In this document: positions 12,401 to 24,757 of the stretch, in pieces | Layout of the letters: every line of letters begins with the position of its first letter | Numbering within the stretch: the stretch's first letter is position 1 | Position numbers and translations under genes: made by a program | Assembly: GCA_002269645.1 (NCBI GenBank) | Contig: NIVC01001849.1 | Location: forward strand, 124,001-188,000 | Origin: Macrostomum lignano | Lineage: Eukaryota | DNA length: 64,000 bases | Direction of reading: 5' to 3' | Notes under the pieces: model-generated | Databases searched by the model: none | Seen by the model: the letters and a program-made list of their open reading frames with translations, nothing else | What the model was told of the DNA's origin: nothing

Positions 12401-15400
12401 CCTGAGCTAGTAGTAGATCTACAACTACAATAATTGAATTACCTGAACTAGTAGTAGATCTACAACTACAATAATTGAATTACCTGAACTAGTAGTAGAT
12501 CTACAACTACAATAATTGAATTACCTGAGCTAGTAAGAGATCTACTTAAATGACCTGAGCTAGTAAGTGATCTACTTAAATAACGTGGGCTAGTAGTAGA
12601 TCTGCAAAATTTAATGACCTGAGCTAGTAGTAGGTCTACTTGAATATATCGAACCTGAATATTTACTTACAATTCATAGACAAAAAATTCGAAATCTGAT
12701 AATTCGACTTTTAATGCCGTATTTTGATTTATTTAATTCCAATTCCAACGCCCAGGTGTTTAAAAAGCTGCACCTCGGCAGCCTTGTGATCACTGACGAT
12801 GCGGATTCTCTAGCCGAAGTGCGCTGTCACGTGACCGCCTGGCTAAAAGCTCGAATTGGCTCCGATGAAGACAGCGACAGTGAGCGGCAGACGCAGCGAG
12901 ACGGCGGCGGCGGCGGGGTGACCCGTGAAGGCGCCGACGCTGGCAGCCGGGCAGCTGAGGCGGTGCGCGCCCTGGCCCTGTGTCACAACGTCACCCCGGT
13001 GCCTGGAGAGGCCGGCGGACCGGCCGACTATCAGGCCAGCAGCCCGGACGAGGTGGCTCTGGTCGGCTGGGCTGCCTGCGCCGGCCTAGCCTTGGCCGAG
13101 CGCGACCAGGATCGGATGGTGCTGCTGGCTGGGCCTGCTGATGCCGCTGGCGTGCGGTTGGAATATCGCTTGCTGCAGGTATTGCTGGCGTTCGGCTATC
13201 TACGGTGCTTTTGTAACATTGGGCCATATGTGCAACCGACAGCTCAGCCGCAGCTATTGCGCGGCGCATCTGAAGGCTGCGTACGGCTTTTCAATCCAAG
13301 GACTGGGTGGAGGGCGCCACACACACCCTGAATTACCCTAACTAATGCTGGCACCCATTTTACAGCTGGATGAACTGAAGCAATGCAGAGTTAAGTGTCT
13401 TGCTCAAGGACACAAATTGTTCTTGAATTCTTAAAAGGACACAAGGAATCGAACCCCGACCTCTTAGTCGGGAGTCTGTCGCTCCAACCCACTAGGCTAC
13501 AACCCCTTTTAAGAATCACAATACTCGTAATCATAAAATTACAGAAAATATGAAAACACTGGTTGCCAACCTAGCATTAGGGGTCCAAATTCAGTTATGA
13601 TTATGTAGTAAATGTACTTTCAACCTACACCAGAACGCACGCCCCCGGCCTATCTGTCCCCATCAGGTGTTCCCATTCAGCTCCGAGTCCAAGCGCATGG
13701 GAGTGCTGGTCCGCGACGAGCAATCAGGCGAGATTGCCTACTACACTAAAGGCGCCGATTCCGTGCTGGCCCCCCTAGTGCAGCCATTGGACTGGATAGA
13801 CGAAGAAGTAGCCAATTTGTCCAGGGAGGGCCTGCGCACTCTGCTAGTTGCTAGGCGATGCCTGACGCCGGAATTCTATCGCGATTGGAGCGCTCGCTAC
13901 GAACAGGCCGGCCTAGCTGTGCGCGATCGGGAACAGCGGCTTGAACAGGTTCGACAGCAGCTGGATTCCGGCCTGGAATTGCTGTGCGTCACCGGAGTGG
14001 AGGATCGGCTGGCTGACGGCGTGCGCCGCTGCTTGGAGACTCTGCACGATGCCGGCGTTCGAGTCTGGATGCTGACTGGCGATCGGCTGGAGACCGCCTG
14101 CTGTATTGCCAGGCAGGTTTGTTTACTCCTGAGCGCATGCAAGCGTCCCAATACTTTACGCAGGCCCGCACTCAAACACACGCTTGCTCACACAGGGTGT
14201 ACACAGCGGCTTTGACTTTCTAATCGTCAGGCATGTACACTCTGTGTCTATCAGACCCAACAGGCCTATGGCCAGATAACCGACAGCTCGTACGGCTGTT
14301 CAGTCCAAGGACTGGGAGGGGGGGGGGGGTCGCCACCCACAGACTCAATTACCCCAGCTAATTCTGGCACCCATTTTACAGCTGGGTGAACTGAAGCAAT
14401 GCAGAGTTAAGTGTCTCACACATAAGGACACTAATTGTTTCGAGTGGGTCGAGAATCGAACCCCCGACCTTTCAGTCGTGAATCCGTCGCTCTAGCCACT
14501 AGGCTACAACCCCTTGTACGCATTTATATATATACACAGCAAAATTTAAAATTATCAGGTCCGCTCGTTTGGTTGAACGCGGCGCCGGTCTGCACGTTTT
14601 CCAGCCGGCCCCAGCCGCTATTGGGGATCCGTCAGTTCCAGGCGGCTCCTCTTCCTCGGCGGCGGCGACGGCTGCTGCTTCTGGGATTTCCGGCGCCAGC
14701 GGGATAGCTGGCAGCGATGGAGCCGACCTACTCGATAGGGAGCTCCGTGCTGCGGCTCGGCGCGTTGAAGCGGGACAGGTGCGTGCCCGGAATGCAATCC
14801 GTCAACAACTAAGATCCCTCAAAAAGACAGGAGATCCCACAGAAAGACAGGAGATTCTTCAGAAAGGCAGGAGATCCTCCAGAAAGGCAGGAGATCCTCC
14901 AGAAAGGCAGGAGATCCTCCAGAAAGACATGAGATCCTCCAGAAAGACAGGAGATTACTCAGAAAGACAGAAGATCCCACAGAAAGACAGGAGATCCCAC
15001 AGAAAGACAGGAGATCCCACAGAAAGACAGGAGATCCCACAGAAAGACAGGAGATCCTACAGAAAGACAGGAGATCCCTTAAAAAGACAGGAGATCCCAC
15101 AGAAAGACAGGAGATCCCACAAAAAGACAGGAGATCCCTCAGAAAGACAGAAGATCCCTCAGAAAGACAGGAGATCCCTCAGAAAGACAGAAGATCCCTC
15201 AGAAAGACAGGAGATCCATCAGAAAGACAGAAGATCCCTCAGAAAGACAGGAGATCCCTCAGAAAGACAGGAGATCCTTCAGAGAGGAGATTCCTATGAA
15301 TGAGAGGAGATCCCTATGAATGAGAGGAGATTCCTATGAAGGAGAGGTCCCTATGAAGAAGAGGAGATCCCTATGAAGAAGAGGAGATTCCTATGAATTA

Positions 15401-18400
15401 GAGGAGATCCCTATGAATGAGAGGAGATCCCTATGAAGGAGAGGAGATCCCTATGAAGGAGAGGAGATCCGTATGGAGAGGAAGGAGAGTCGTCTCAGAG
15501 CCATAATTAAAGGAGATACACAAAGAAAGCACTCTCAGTAACCAATAAGGTCACTCAGAAAAAAAACGAAATTCAGCTCACAGAAGACCTTTTAGATCCT
15601 AAGATAAATTAAATCCTAAGATGAGGAGGATACTGAGTCTTAAGAACCAAAAAGGAGAAACAGAAGACAGAATAGACTACAGACGCATTTTTACTATAAA
15701 TTTATTCGCAACTCGCAGGCGCTGGCCCTGACTGGAGCGGCCCTGGAGGCGGCGGTTGCCCAAGACGAGCGCCTGTTTGCTCGAATCGCCTGCCGCGCCC
15801 CGGCCGTTGTTGTTAGCCGATGTTCGCCAACGCAGAAGGCGGCCGTTGTCCGGCTGCTGCAGCGCCACACTGGCCGACGCTGCGCCGCTATTGGCGACGG
15901 CGGTAACGACGTGGCGATGATTCAGGTTGGATTGTCCAAAATACCATTGCACGTTGTTTGAAACCTATTTTTTTGGTTTCTAACCAAATAGGCACTTAAA
16001 TTAATGAAAAATTAATCTAAGCCAGGTATGCAGGCGGGTATTCAAGCCAGGTAGACAGGCCGGTATCTAGAACAGGCGGGTATTCAAGCCAGGTAGACAG
16101 GCGGGTATCTAGAACAGGCGGGTATCTAAGCCAGGTAGACAGGCGGGTATCTAAGCCAGGTAGACAGGCGGGTACCTAAGCCAGGTAGACAGGCGGGTAT
16201 CTAAGCCAGGTAGACAGGCGGGTATCTAAGCAAGGTAGACAGGCGGGTATCTAAGCCAGGTAGACAGGCGGGTACCTAAGCCAGGTAGACAGGCGGGTAT
16301 CTAAGCAAGGTAGACAGGCGGGTATCTAAGCCAGGTAGACAGGCGGGTACCTAAGCCAGGTAGACAGGCGGGTATCTAAGCAAGGTAGACAGGCGGGTAT
16401 CTAAGCAAGGTAGACAGGCGGGTACCTAAGCCAGGTAAACAGGCGGGTATCTAAGCCAGGTAGACAGGCGGGTATCTAAGCCAGGTAGACAGGCGGGTAT
16501 CTAAGCAAGGTAGACAGGCGGGTACCTAAGCCAGGTAGACAGGCGGGTATCTAAGCAAGGTAGACAGGCGGGTACCTAAGCCAGGTAGACAGACGGTATC
16601 TAAGCCAGGTAGACAGACGGGTATCTAAGCCAGGTAGACAGACGGGTATCTAAGCCAGGTAGACAGGGGGTATCTAAGCCAGGTAGACATAAGACAGGAG
16701 GGAGGGTAGCCAGTCAGCTCATCGGGTAGGCAGACGGATAGAAGAACCCGTAGCTAGCAAGAAGCCAACAGAGGGATGAAGTATCAATGTTATCATGATT
16801 TACATTGCAGGCCGCCGATTGTGGCCTAGGAATTGCCGGTCGCGAGGGTCGACAGGCCGCTCTAGCAGCCGACGTGAGCGTGTCGAGATTCGAGCAGTCA
16901 GCCCGCCTGCTGCTGGTGCACGGCCGTCGGTGCTATCGCAATTCGGCCCTGCTAGCCCAGTTTGTAATCCATCGCGGCCTGGCTATCTCAGCTATGCAGG
17001 CTGTGTTCTCAGCGGTGTTTTACTATGCCGCCGTCAGTCTGTTCCCCGGCGCTCTCATGGTCGGCTATGCCACCGTGTTCACCAATTTCCCCGTATTCTC
17101 GCTGGTGCTGGATCGGGACGTGCCGGCTACCACTGCGGAGAAGTTTCCCGAGCTGTATCGCGAATTGCTCAAGGTTTGTGTGGAAGAGAACCAAATCACT
17201 GAGTTGGGTACAGGTTAGGTCAAGAGTTTACAGTATAGCGATTGACCGAGTCTACAGTATCGATTGACCGAGTTTACAGTAGCGATTGACCGAGTTTACA
17301 GTATAGCGATTGACCGAGTTTACAGTACAACAATTGACCGAGTTTACAGTATAGCGATTGACCGAGTTTACAGTAGCGATTGACCGAGTTTACAGTATAG
17401 CGATTGACCGAGTTTACAGTATAGCGATTGACCGAGTTTACAGTATAGCGATTGACCGAGTCTACAGTATCGATTGACCGAGTTTACAGTAGCGATTGAC
17501 CGAGTTTACAGTATAGCGATTGACCGAGTTTACAGTACAGCAATTGACCGAGTTTACAGTATAGCGATTGACCGAGTTTACAGTAGCGATTGACCGAGTT
17601 TACAGTATAGCGATTGACCGAGTTTACAGTATAGCGATTGACCGAGTTTACAGTTTAGCGATTGACCGAGTTTACAGTTTAGCGATTGACCAAGTTTACA
17701 GTCTAGCGATTGACCAAGTTTACAGTCTAGCGATTGACCGAGTTTACAGTAGCTTAACTACCGATTCTTACCCTTTAATTGTGTAAGGAATCAAGTCTGA
17801 GTTGCTCCCAAATCCCAATAAATCCCTGTTCAGGGCCGCGAGCTCTCAGCCAAGACCCTGTGGGTTTGGACTGCCGTGTCGCTCTATCAAGGCGGGGTCA
17901 TCATGTACGGCTCTCTGTGGCTATTTGAGACATCATTTCTAAGAATTGTTAGCATAGCATTCACTGCTATTGTGCTCAACGAACTGCTCATGGTGGCCTG
18001 CACTGTGCGCACCTGGCATTGGCTGATGTCTGTAGCGGAGCTGCTCAGTCTGCTCTGCTACCTGCTGGCTGTTGTTGTGCTGCCTAACTATTTTGGTTTG
18101 TTTGCGCTTAATTTTGTCCGCATTATCCTATGAAGAATTGTTGAGGAGCCTGTTGCATATTAGTGAAGAGCCTGTTGCAGATTAGTGAGGAGTCTGCAGA
18201 TTAGTGAGCAGACGGTTGCAGATTAGTTAGGAGACTTGCAGATTAGTGAAGAGACTGTTGCAGATTAGTGAGGAGCCTGTTGCAGATTAGTGAGGAGCCT
18301 GTTGCAGATTAGTGAGGAGCCTGTTGCAGATTAGTGAGGAGCCTGTTGCAGATTAGTGAGGAGCCTGTTGCAGATTAGTGAGGAGCCTGTTGCAGATTAG

Positions 18401-21141
18401 TGAGGAGCCTGTTGCAGATTAGTGAGGAGCCTGTTGCAGATTAGTAGGGAGACTGTTGCATATTAGTGAGGAGCCTGTTGCAGATTAGTGAGGAGCCTGT
18501 TGCAGATTAGTAGGGAGACTGTTGCATATTAGTGAGGAGCCTGTTGCAGATTAGTGAGGAGACTGTTGCAGATTAGTAGGGAGACTGTTGCATATTAGTG
18601 AGGAGCCTGTTGCAGATTAGTGAGGAACCTGTTGCAGATTAGTAGGGAGACTGTTGCATGTTAGTCAGGAGCCTGTTGCAGATTAGTGAGGAGCCTGTTG
18701 CAGATTAGTGAGGAGCCTGTTGCAGATTAGTGAGGAGCCTGTTGCAGTTGAGTGAGGAGCCTGTTGCAGATTAGTAGGGAGCCTGTTGCAGATTAGTGAG
18801 GAGCCTGTTGCAGATTAGTAGGGAGCCTGTTGCATATTAGTGAGGAGCCTGTTGCTGATTAGTGAGGAGCCTGTTGCAGATTAGTAGGGAGACTGTTGCA
18901 TATTAGTGAGGAGCCTGTTGCAGATTAGTAGGGAGACTGTTGCATATTAGTGAGGAGCCTGTTGCAGATTAGTGAGGAACCTGTTGCAGATTAGTAGGGA
19001 GACTGTTGCATATTAGTGAGGAGCCTGTTGCAGATTAGTAGGGAGACTGTTGCAGATTAGTGAGGAGACTGTTGCAGATTAAGACAGACTACCTTATGTC
19101 AAATAATAAACTCCGTTGAAGACCCCGGCTTCATCTTGACGCTCAGCTTCCTATGGAAAGTGTCGGTGATCACGGCGATCAGCGCCATACCATTCTTTGT
19201 CATCAAATTTGTGCGCTATTATATGCGACCGCCGATAACGCGGAAGCTGCAGTCGTAAGTTATTTAGCGATGCGGGTGTATCGTTGTCTTTTTGGTTTGG
19301 AATTTTCAATTTTCAAGTCATTGCAAACAACTCTAGTGACTCTAGGGACGACTGTTGAGTCACGAGTGCATCACGTCAATTGCAGAATCGTAAAAGAGCC
19401 GCGAGAAAGTCATCCAATAGTCGTTGTGTTAGCGCTTAATTTTCTGCAAACTGAAGTGGACTAAATAGAATTGTAATAAATGCGAAATGCGGTTCTAATT
19501 CGTAAAGTTACGCAACGGCTTCAGAGTCACTTGCGTCGCCCAGACTCGATTCAGAGTCGTAGACAATACAACGCCTCAAATTTACTCTTTAGCGACTTTT
19601 CGGCGACTTGTACTGCGACATCTTGTCGTTTTAGACAAGTCTAGAGCCACCTTTTCCCTATTTTACCTGTGCTAACTGCAACGACTCTGAGGCGACGCAA
19701 TTGACTCCGGGACGCTTCCTGGCCCGGGTACCGTGTTTATCGGGCCTAAATAAAAGGGCAGGAAACCACATTTCTTAGAAAATGTTATGGAGGCTGGTTT
19801 CGCTGGTTTCGGTACAGGAAATGTACGTAGAATAAAAATTGTCATAAAATCCGCCACCCGTCTGTATAAGTGAATACGTTTATGGCCGATTATATGGCCT
19901 TTTAACATCTTTTTGAACAGACATTGTCTAACTGTTTAGTATTGCCTTTGAAAAAAAAACTACGCTAGTCTCGAATCCAGCCTCTAATTGAGCCTCTAAC
20001 TGAGCATCAAATCTCCAGTCTCGAATCCAGCCTCTAATTGAGCCTCTAACTGAGCATCAAATCGCCAGTCTCGAATCCAGCCTCTAATTGAGCCTCTAAC
20101 TGAGCATCAAATCTCCAGTCTCGAATCCAGCCTCTAATTGAGCCTCTAACTGAGCATCAAATCGCCAGTCTCGAATCCAGCCTCTAATTGAGCCTCTAAC
20201 TGAGCATCAAATCGCCAGTCTCGAATCCAGCCTCTAATTGAGCCTCTAACTGAGCATCAAATCGCCAGTCTCGAATCCAGCCTCTAATTGAGCCTCTAAT
20301 TGAGCATCAAATCGCCAGTCTCGAATCCAGCCTCTAATTGAGCCTCTAACTGAGCATCAAATCGCCAGTCTCGAATCCAGCCTCCAATTCAGCATTGAAT
20401 CGCCAGCCTCTAATCCAGCCTCCAATACGAGCCTCAAATAGCGAGCATCAAATCTGGGTCATTTTTAGAGGCTGCCACACCCAAGAGTCGAGCCTCTAAC
20501 CTAGCCTCTAGCCTCCCATTGGTTTAGTGTAACCAAATAAAAAAATCATTAGAGGCTAGCGCCAAAAAGTGAGCCTCCAACATCTCTCTAGATTTCCCAT
20601 CGGGCTAAACGAAAAGCTTTACGAATATCAATAGAGCTATAAGAAAGGCACAACATATCAGAAGATGAACATTGGGCCTGCCTCCAATCAAAGCAATAGC
20701 AATTTTTGTGTTTAAATAACAAAAGCTTCCAATCTCCGTAGTGTATTTTTCGGCGAAAACTAGCCTCATAAACATTTTCTTAAAAACGATTGTTTCCCTT
20801 CCTACTTAAGTCCTTGGCTCAGATTTTAGATCATAAATTTATTGAAATTCTTAAATTTTATTGACTAAGTGCGCTTGTTGCTACTAAAAAGTCAGTAGTC
20901 AGTATAGAGAGTTTAAACATTTATTTGATTTTGTCAACTTTTCAGTGGCGCCGACTCGCCCGCCTGGTTCGAGCAGGCCGGGCGGTTGCGGCGGCCTATC
21001 GAGGCCCGGCCTCTCCTGTCCTCCATGGTGGACATCAGCGGCGGCGTCGGTGGTGGCCCCGACATTGAACTGCAGCCGCCTGACTCGCCAGCCGGCCCGG
21101 GGACGCCCCTGATGATGACGCTGCTGCAGAGCCGAACTTGA
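9456..21141 (+). CDS. ATP9: P4-type phospholipid flippase, ATP9A/B (Neo1) class; 5'-most exon(s) not located. Exons: 9456-10020, 10679-11085, 11679-11844, 12756-13178, 13667-14112, 14559-14778, 15719-15925, 16811-17173, 17834-18095, 19122-19254, 20946-21141
   Basis: Motifs [58 protein letters not shown]. All exon junctions keep the reading frame and have AG acceptors; one donor is GC. Confidence 0.93.
10070..10620. repeat. 30-bp minisatellite in ATP9 intron
   Basis: Unit GGGAGTAGCAGCATCCCATTGAAATGTTAG, about 18 copies with graded variants. Confidence 0.95.
11240..11530. repeat. 21/26-bp minisatellite in ATP9 intron
   Basis: Unit GAGATAGACTTCAGGCATGGAT (variant ...GGCCTGG). Confidence 0.92.
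12352..12640. repeat. About 40-bp minisatellite in ATP9 intron
   Basis: Unit AATTACCTGAGCTAGTAGTAGATCTACAACTACAATAATTG, degenerating toward the 3' end. Confidence 0.9.
13225..13506 (-). mobile_element. tRNA-derived SINE with CORE-like central domain
   Basis: Minus-strand head GGGGTTGTAGCCTAGTGG (A box)...GGGTTCGATTCC (B box), then GTGTCCTTGAGCAAGACACTTAAC...CAGCTGTAAAATGGG, which resembles the CORE domain. A second copy is at 14275-14513. Confidence 0.75.
14275..14513 (-). mobile_element. Second copy of the same tRNA-derived SINE
   Basis: Shares CCGACAGCTC, CCAAGGACTGGG, GGCACCCATTTTACAGCTGG and CTAGGCTACAACCCC blocks with the 13225-13506 copy. Confidence 0.75.
14815..15480. repeat. Two adjacent related 20-bp minisatellites in ATP9 intron
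   Basis: AGAAAGACAGGAGATCCCAC array changes into a GAGGAGATCCCTATGAATGA array near 15290. Confidence 0.93.
16020..16690. repeat. 25-bp minisatellite in ATP9 intron
   Basis: Unit AGGCGGGTATCTAAGCCAGGTAGAC. Confidence 0.95.
17220..17752. repeat. 22/24-bp minisatellite in ATP9 intron
   Basis: Unit GATTGACCGAGTTTACAGTATAGC. Confidence 0.95.
18140..19082. repeat. 22-bp minisatellite in ATP9 intron
   Basis: Unit GAGGAGCCTGTTGCAGATTAGT, about 40 copies. Confidence 0.95.
19320..19750. repeat. Partial copy of a dispersed palindromic repeat family also present at 50730-51781
   Basis: GCAAACAACT..AGAATCGTAAAAGAG block matches 50735-50930; GACTCCGGGACGCTT..GGGTACCGT block matches 51735-51775. Confidence 0.7.
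19968..20430. repeat. 49/50-bp minisatellite in the last ATP9 intron
   Basis: Unit GTCTCGAATCCAGCCTCTAATTGAGCCTCTAACTGAGCATCAAATCGCCA, about 9 copies. Confidence 0.95.
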
Positions 21142-21704
21142 ATAATCAACAGCCTCCTGACCGAGCATTGTGTATCTTATTGAACTCGCAATCAGCTACT
21201 TATGTGTCTAGTGCATCCCGTTTGGCGTTGGTGCATTTCTCTACTATAATGGGTTCTTCACGTTTCCCTTGTCTCTTTTTTGTTTCCAAATTGCCGCTAT
21301 TAAACAGAAAGAATAAACTTTGTCTGTAGGAGATTTTTAATTGTTAAAATCAGAGACAATAATTCTGTTTATTTCTGTTGTCTCTTGTTTGTTATTATCT
21401 ATGTTTAATAAGCCAGCTTTGCTTCCCTATAAGTTGCATTCTCCCGCTAATTTTGTCCTGACGTCTTCCTTTGTCTCCCTGTACATTTTGCTGCAATTTG
21501 CTGTCTCTGAAAATAATTATTGATAAAATTCAGATGTTTTCACTTTTCTTATTACAACTGCACTGTGTTGTGTGGGTTTATTCGGGATTCATTGCAATTG
21601 TCCTTTATTTTATTTTTAATGTTTAGGCATAAAATGTTAGCTTTAGGAGTTTTTAGATTAGGAAAAATGAATACGAAGATGTCAGCTTTCTCTTATCTCC
21701 CTGG

Positions 21705-22240
21705 GTTTTGATGTGGCGCCACTCCCTTCTCCATTGGCTGTTAATGTGGCGCCACTCCCTTCTTCAGTGGCTGTTGATGTGGCACCACTCCCTTCTTCGA
21801 TCAGTGGCTGTTGATGTGGCGCCACTCCCTTCTTCAGTGGCTGTTGATGTGGCGCCACTCCCTTCTCCATTGGCTGTTAATGTGGCGCCCTTCTTCAGTG
21901 GCTGTTGATGTGGCGCCCTTCTTCAGTGGCTGTTGATGTGGCGCCACTCCCTTCTTCAGTGGCTGTTGATGTGGCGCCACTCCCTTCTTCAGTGGCTGTT
22001 GATGTGGCGCCACTCCCTTATACAGTAGCTGTTGATGTGGCGCCACTCCCTTCTTCAGTGGCTGTTGATGTGGCGCCACTCCCTTCTTCAGTGGCTGTTA
22101 ATGTGGCGCCACTCCCTTCTCCATTGACTGTTGATGTGGCGCCACTCCCTTCTTCAGTGGCTGTTAATGTGGCGCCACTCCCTTCACCATTGACTGTTGA
22201 TGTGGCGCCACTCCCTTCACCATTGGCTGTTGATGTATTT
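21705..22240. repeat. About 33-bp minisatellite between ATP9 and RPL10
   Basis: Unit GTTGATGTGGCGCCACTCCCTTCTTCAGTGGCT. Confidence 0.93.
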
Positions 22241-22349
22241 GCTGTATACTCGTAGTGGATTAGCATATACAGTTTGTAGATGCCCCAGCTCTAGTTGCTG
22301 TCTAACTAGCCGTTGCTTAACCACTTCTTTGCATGCTTGATCGCTCAGC

Positions 22350-24276
22350 ATGGGTCGCCGCCCCGCCCGCTGCTACCGCTACTGCAAGAACAAGCCGTAC
22401 CCCAAGTCGCGCTTCTGCCGCGGCGTCCCCGATCCCAAGATTCGAATCTACGATCTGGGCAAGAAGAAGGCCCGAGTGGACGACTTCCCGCAGTGCGTCC
22501 ACATGATCTCGGACGAGTACGAGCAGCTGTCCGCCGAGGCTCTTGAAGCCGCCCGTATCGCCGCCAACAAGTACCTGGTAAAGAGCTGCGGCAAGGACTC
22601 CTTCCATCTGCGCGTCCGGCTGCACCCGTTCCACGTGACCCGCATCAACAAGATGTTGTCCTGCGCCGGCGCCGATCGCCTCCAGACTGGCATGCGCGGC
22701 GCCTTCGGCAAGCCGAACGGCCTCGTTGCCCGCGTGAACATCGGCCAGGTTTGACATTTTGTTGCAGTGGGTGAATGCGCCTGTAAACTGCCCTGGTTAT
22801 CCCAGCATAACTGCCTTGATAGTCTTATAATTCCTCATAACTACCCTTAGAATCCCCTCATAACTACCCTTAGAATCCCCTCATAACTACCCTTAAAATC
22901 CTCTCATAACTACCCTTAGAATCCCCTCATAGCTACCCTTAGAATCCCCTCATAACCACCCTTAGAATCCCCTCATAACTACCCTTAGAATCCCCTCATA
23001 GCTACCCTTAGAATCCCCTCATAACTACCCTTAGAATCCCCTCATAACTACCCTTAAAATCCCCTCATAACTACCCTTAGACTCCCCTCATAACTACCCT
23101 TAGACTCCCCTCATAACTACCCTTAGAATCCCCTCATAACTACCCTTAGAATCCCCTCATAACTACCCTTAGAATCCCCTCATAACTACCCTTAAATCCC
23201 CTCATAACTACCCTTAGACTCCCCTCATAACTACCCTTAGACTCCCCTCATAACTACCCTTAGACTCCCCTCATAACTACCCTTAGACTCCCCTCATAAC
23301 TACCCTTAGAATCCCCTCATAACTACCCTTAGAATCCCCTCATAACTACCCTTAGAATCCTCTCATAACTACCCTTAGAATCCCCTCATAACTACCATTA
23401 GAATCCCCTCATAACTACCCTTAGAATCCTCTCATAACTACCCTTAGAATCCCCTCATAACTACCATTAGAATCCCCTCATAACTACCCTTAGAATCCCC
23501 TCATAACTACCCTTATAATCCCCTCATAACTACCCTTAGAATCCCCTCATAACTACCCTTAGACTCCCCTCATAACTACCCTTAGAATCCCCTCATAACT
23601 ACCATTAGAATCCCCTCATAACTACCATTAGAATCCCCTCATAACTACCCTTAGAATCCTCTCATAACTACCCTTAGAATCCCCTCATAACTACCATTAG
23701 AATCCCCTCATAACTACCCTTAGAATCCCCTCATAACTACCCTTATAATCCCCTCATAACTACCCTTAGAATCCCCTCATAACTACCCTTAGACTCCCCT
23801 CATAACTACCCTTAGAATCCCCTCATAACTACCATTAGAATCCCCTCATAACTACCCTTAGAATCCTCTCATAACTACCCTTAGAATCCCCTCATAACTA
23901 CCCTTAGAATCCTCTCATAACTACCCTTGGAATCCTCTCATAACTACCTATAGAATTTGCCATAGCAACTGTAGGGCTCATAGCTGGCAACCCCGGCGAA
24001 CATGTTGGCCAGGTGATCATGTCGGTGCGCGGCCGGGAAAACAACGTGAACTCCATGGTGGAGGCGTTCCGCCGATCCAAGATGAAGTTCCCCGGCAGGC
24101 AGAAGATCGCCGTCAGCCGTCGTTGGGGCTTCACTAAGTGGGACCGAGCCGACTACGAGCGGATGCGGGCCGAGGGCCGCCTGCAGCCTGACGGCGTCGG
24201 CTGCAAGTACTTGCCGGAGCACGGGCCGCTGGACAACTGGAAGCAGGTGCAGGCTGCTATGCGCATGGCCAGCTAA
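22350..24276 (+). CDS. RPL10: 60S ribosomal protein L10 (uL16/QM); exons 22350-22748 and 24013-24276
   Basis: [37 protein letters not shown] start; GT..AG phase-0 intron; second exon gives [17 protein letters not shown]. Confidence 0.97.
22840..23955. repeat. 23-bp minisatellite filling the RPL10 intron
   Basis: Unit TAACTACCCTTAGAATCCCCTCA, about 48 copies. Confidence 0.96.
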
Positions 24277-24757
24277 ATGACGGCTAAATGCTAAGCGGAA
24301 CTTGGACTAAGGATGCTGGTTGTGACCTGTTGCCGACTGATTAATCATTGATTTGCAATGCAGATTAATTAAGCGGAAATAAAAAATCAATCCAAATTAT
24401 TGGATAGCACTGGCTTTGGCAGTTGCCGGAATTGTCTTCTGGAAGCACTTACTGCCTGCCTGTTTATTTGTTATATTTGATTTTTAGTTTACTTAGAGCT
24501 CATAACAATAGTAGTCCCTCAAGCTGAAGGCTAGTACTGAAATGAATTCAAGTTCCTCCTCGTTATTACTTCATTAGTATGAAACTAATAAAATAGGCTT
24601 ATTGTTTTATATCGGTATTAGGTACGAATTAATACGATTTCTAATTTTACTGCATGCTCGATTTCTTCCAAAGCCGCGCTACTATTAGTAGGACAGACGT
24701 ACACTACACGGATTGACGCTACATTAACTGGTCTAATTTCCAAGCGATAGCTAGAGC

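Noticed and set aside
20899-21168. Minus-strand ORFs over the GC-rich island
   Set aside because: The plus strand has a phase-matched acceptor and typical codon bias, so it is better explained as the last ATP9 exon.
10041-23955. Regular repeat arrays that could be taken for CRISPR arrays
   Set aside because: Units are head-to-tail with no unique spacers, sit inside spliceosomal introns, and no cas genes are present.
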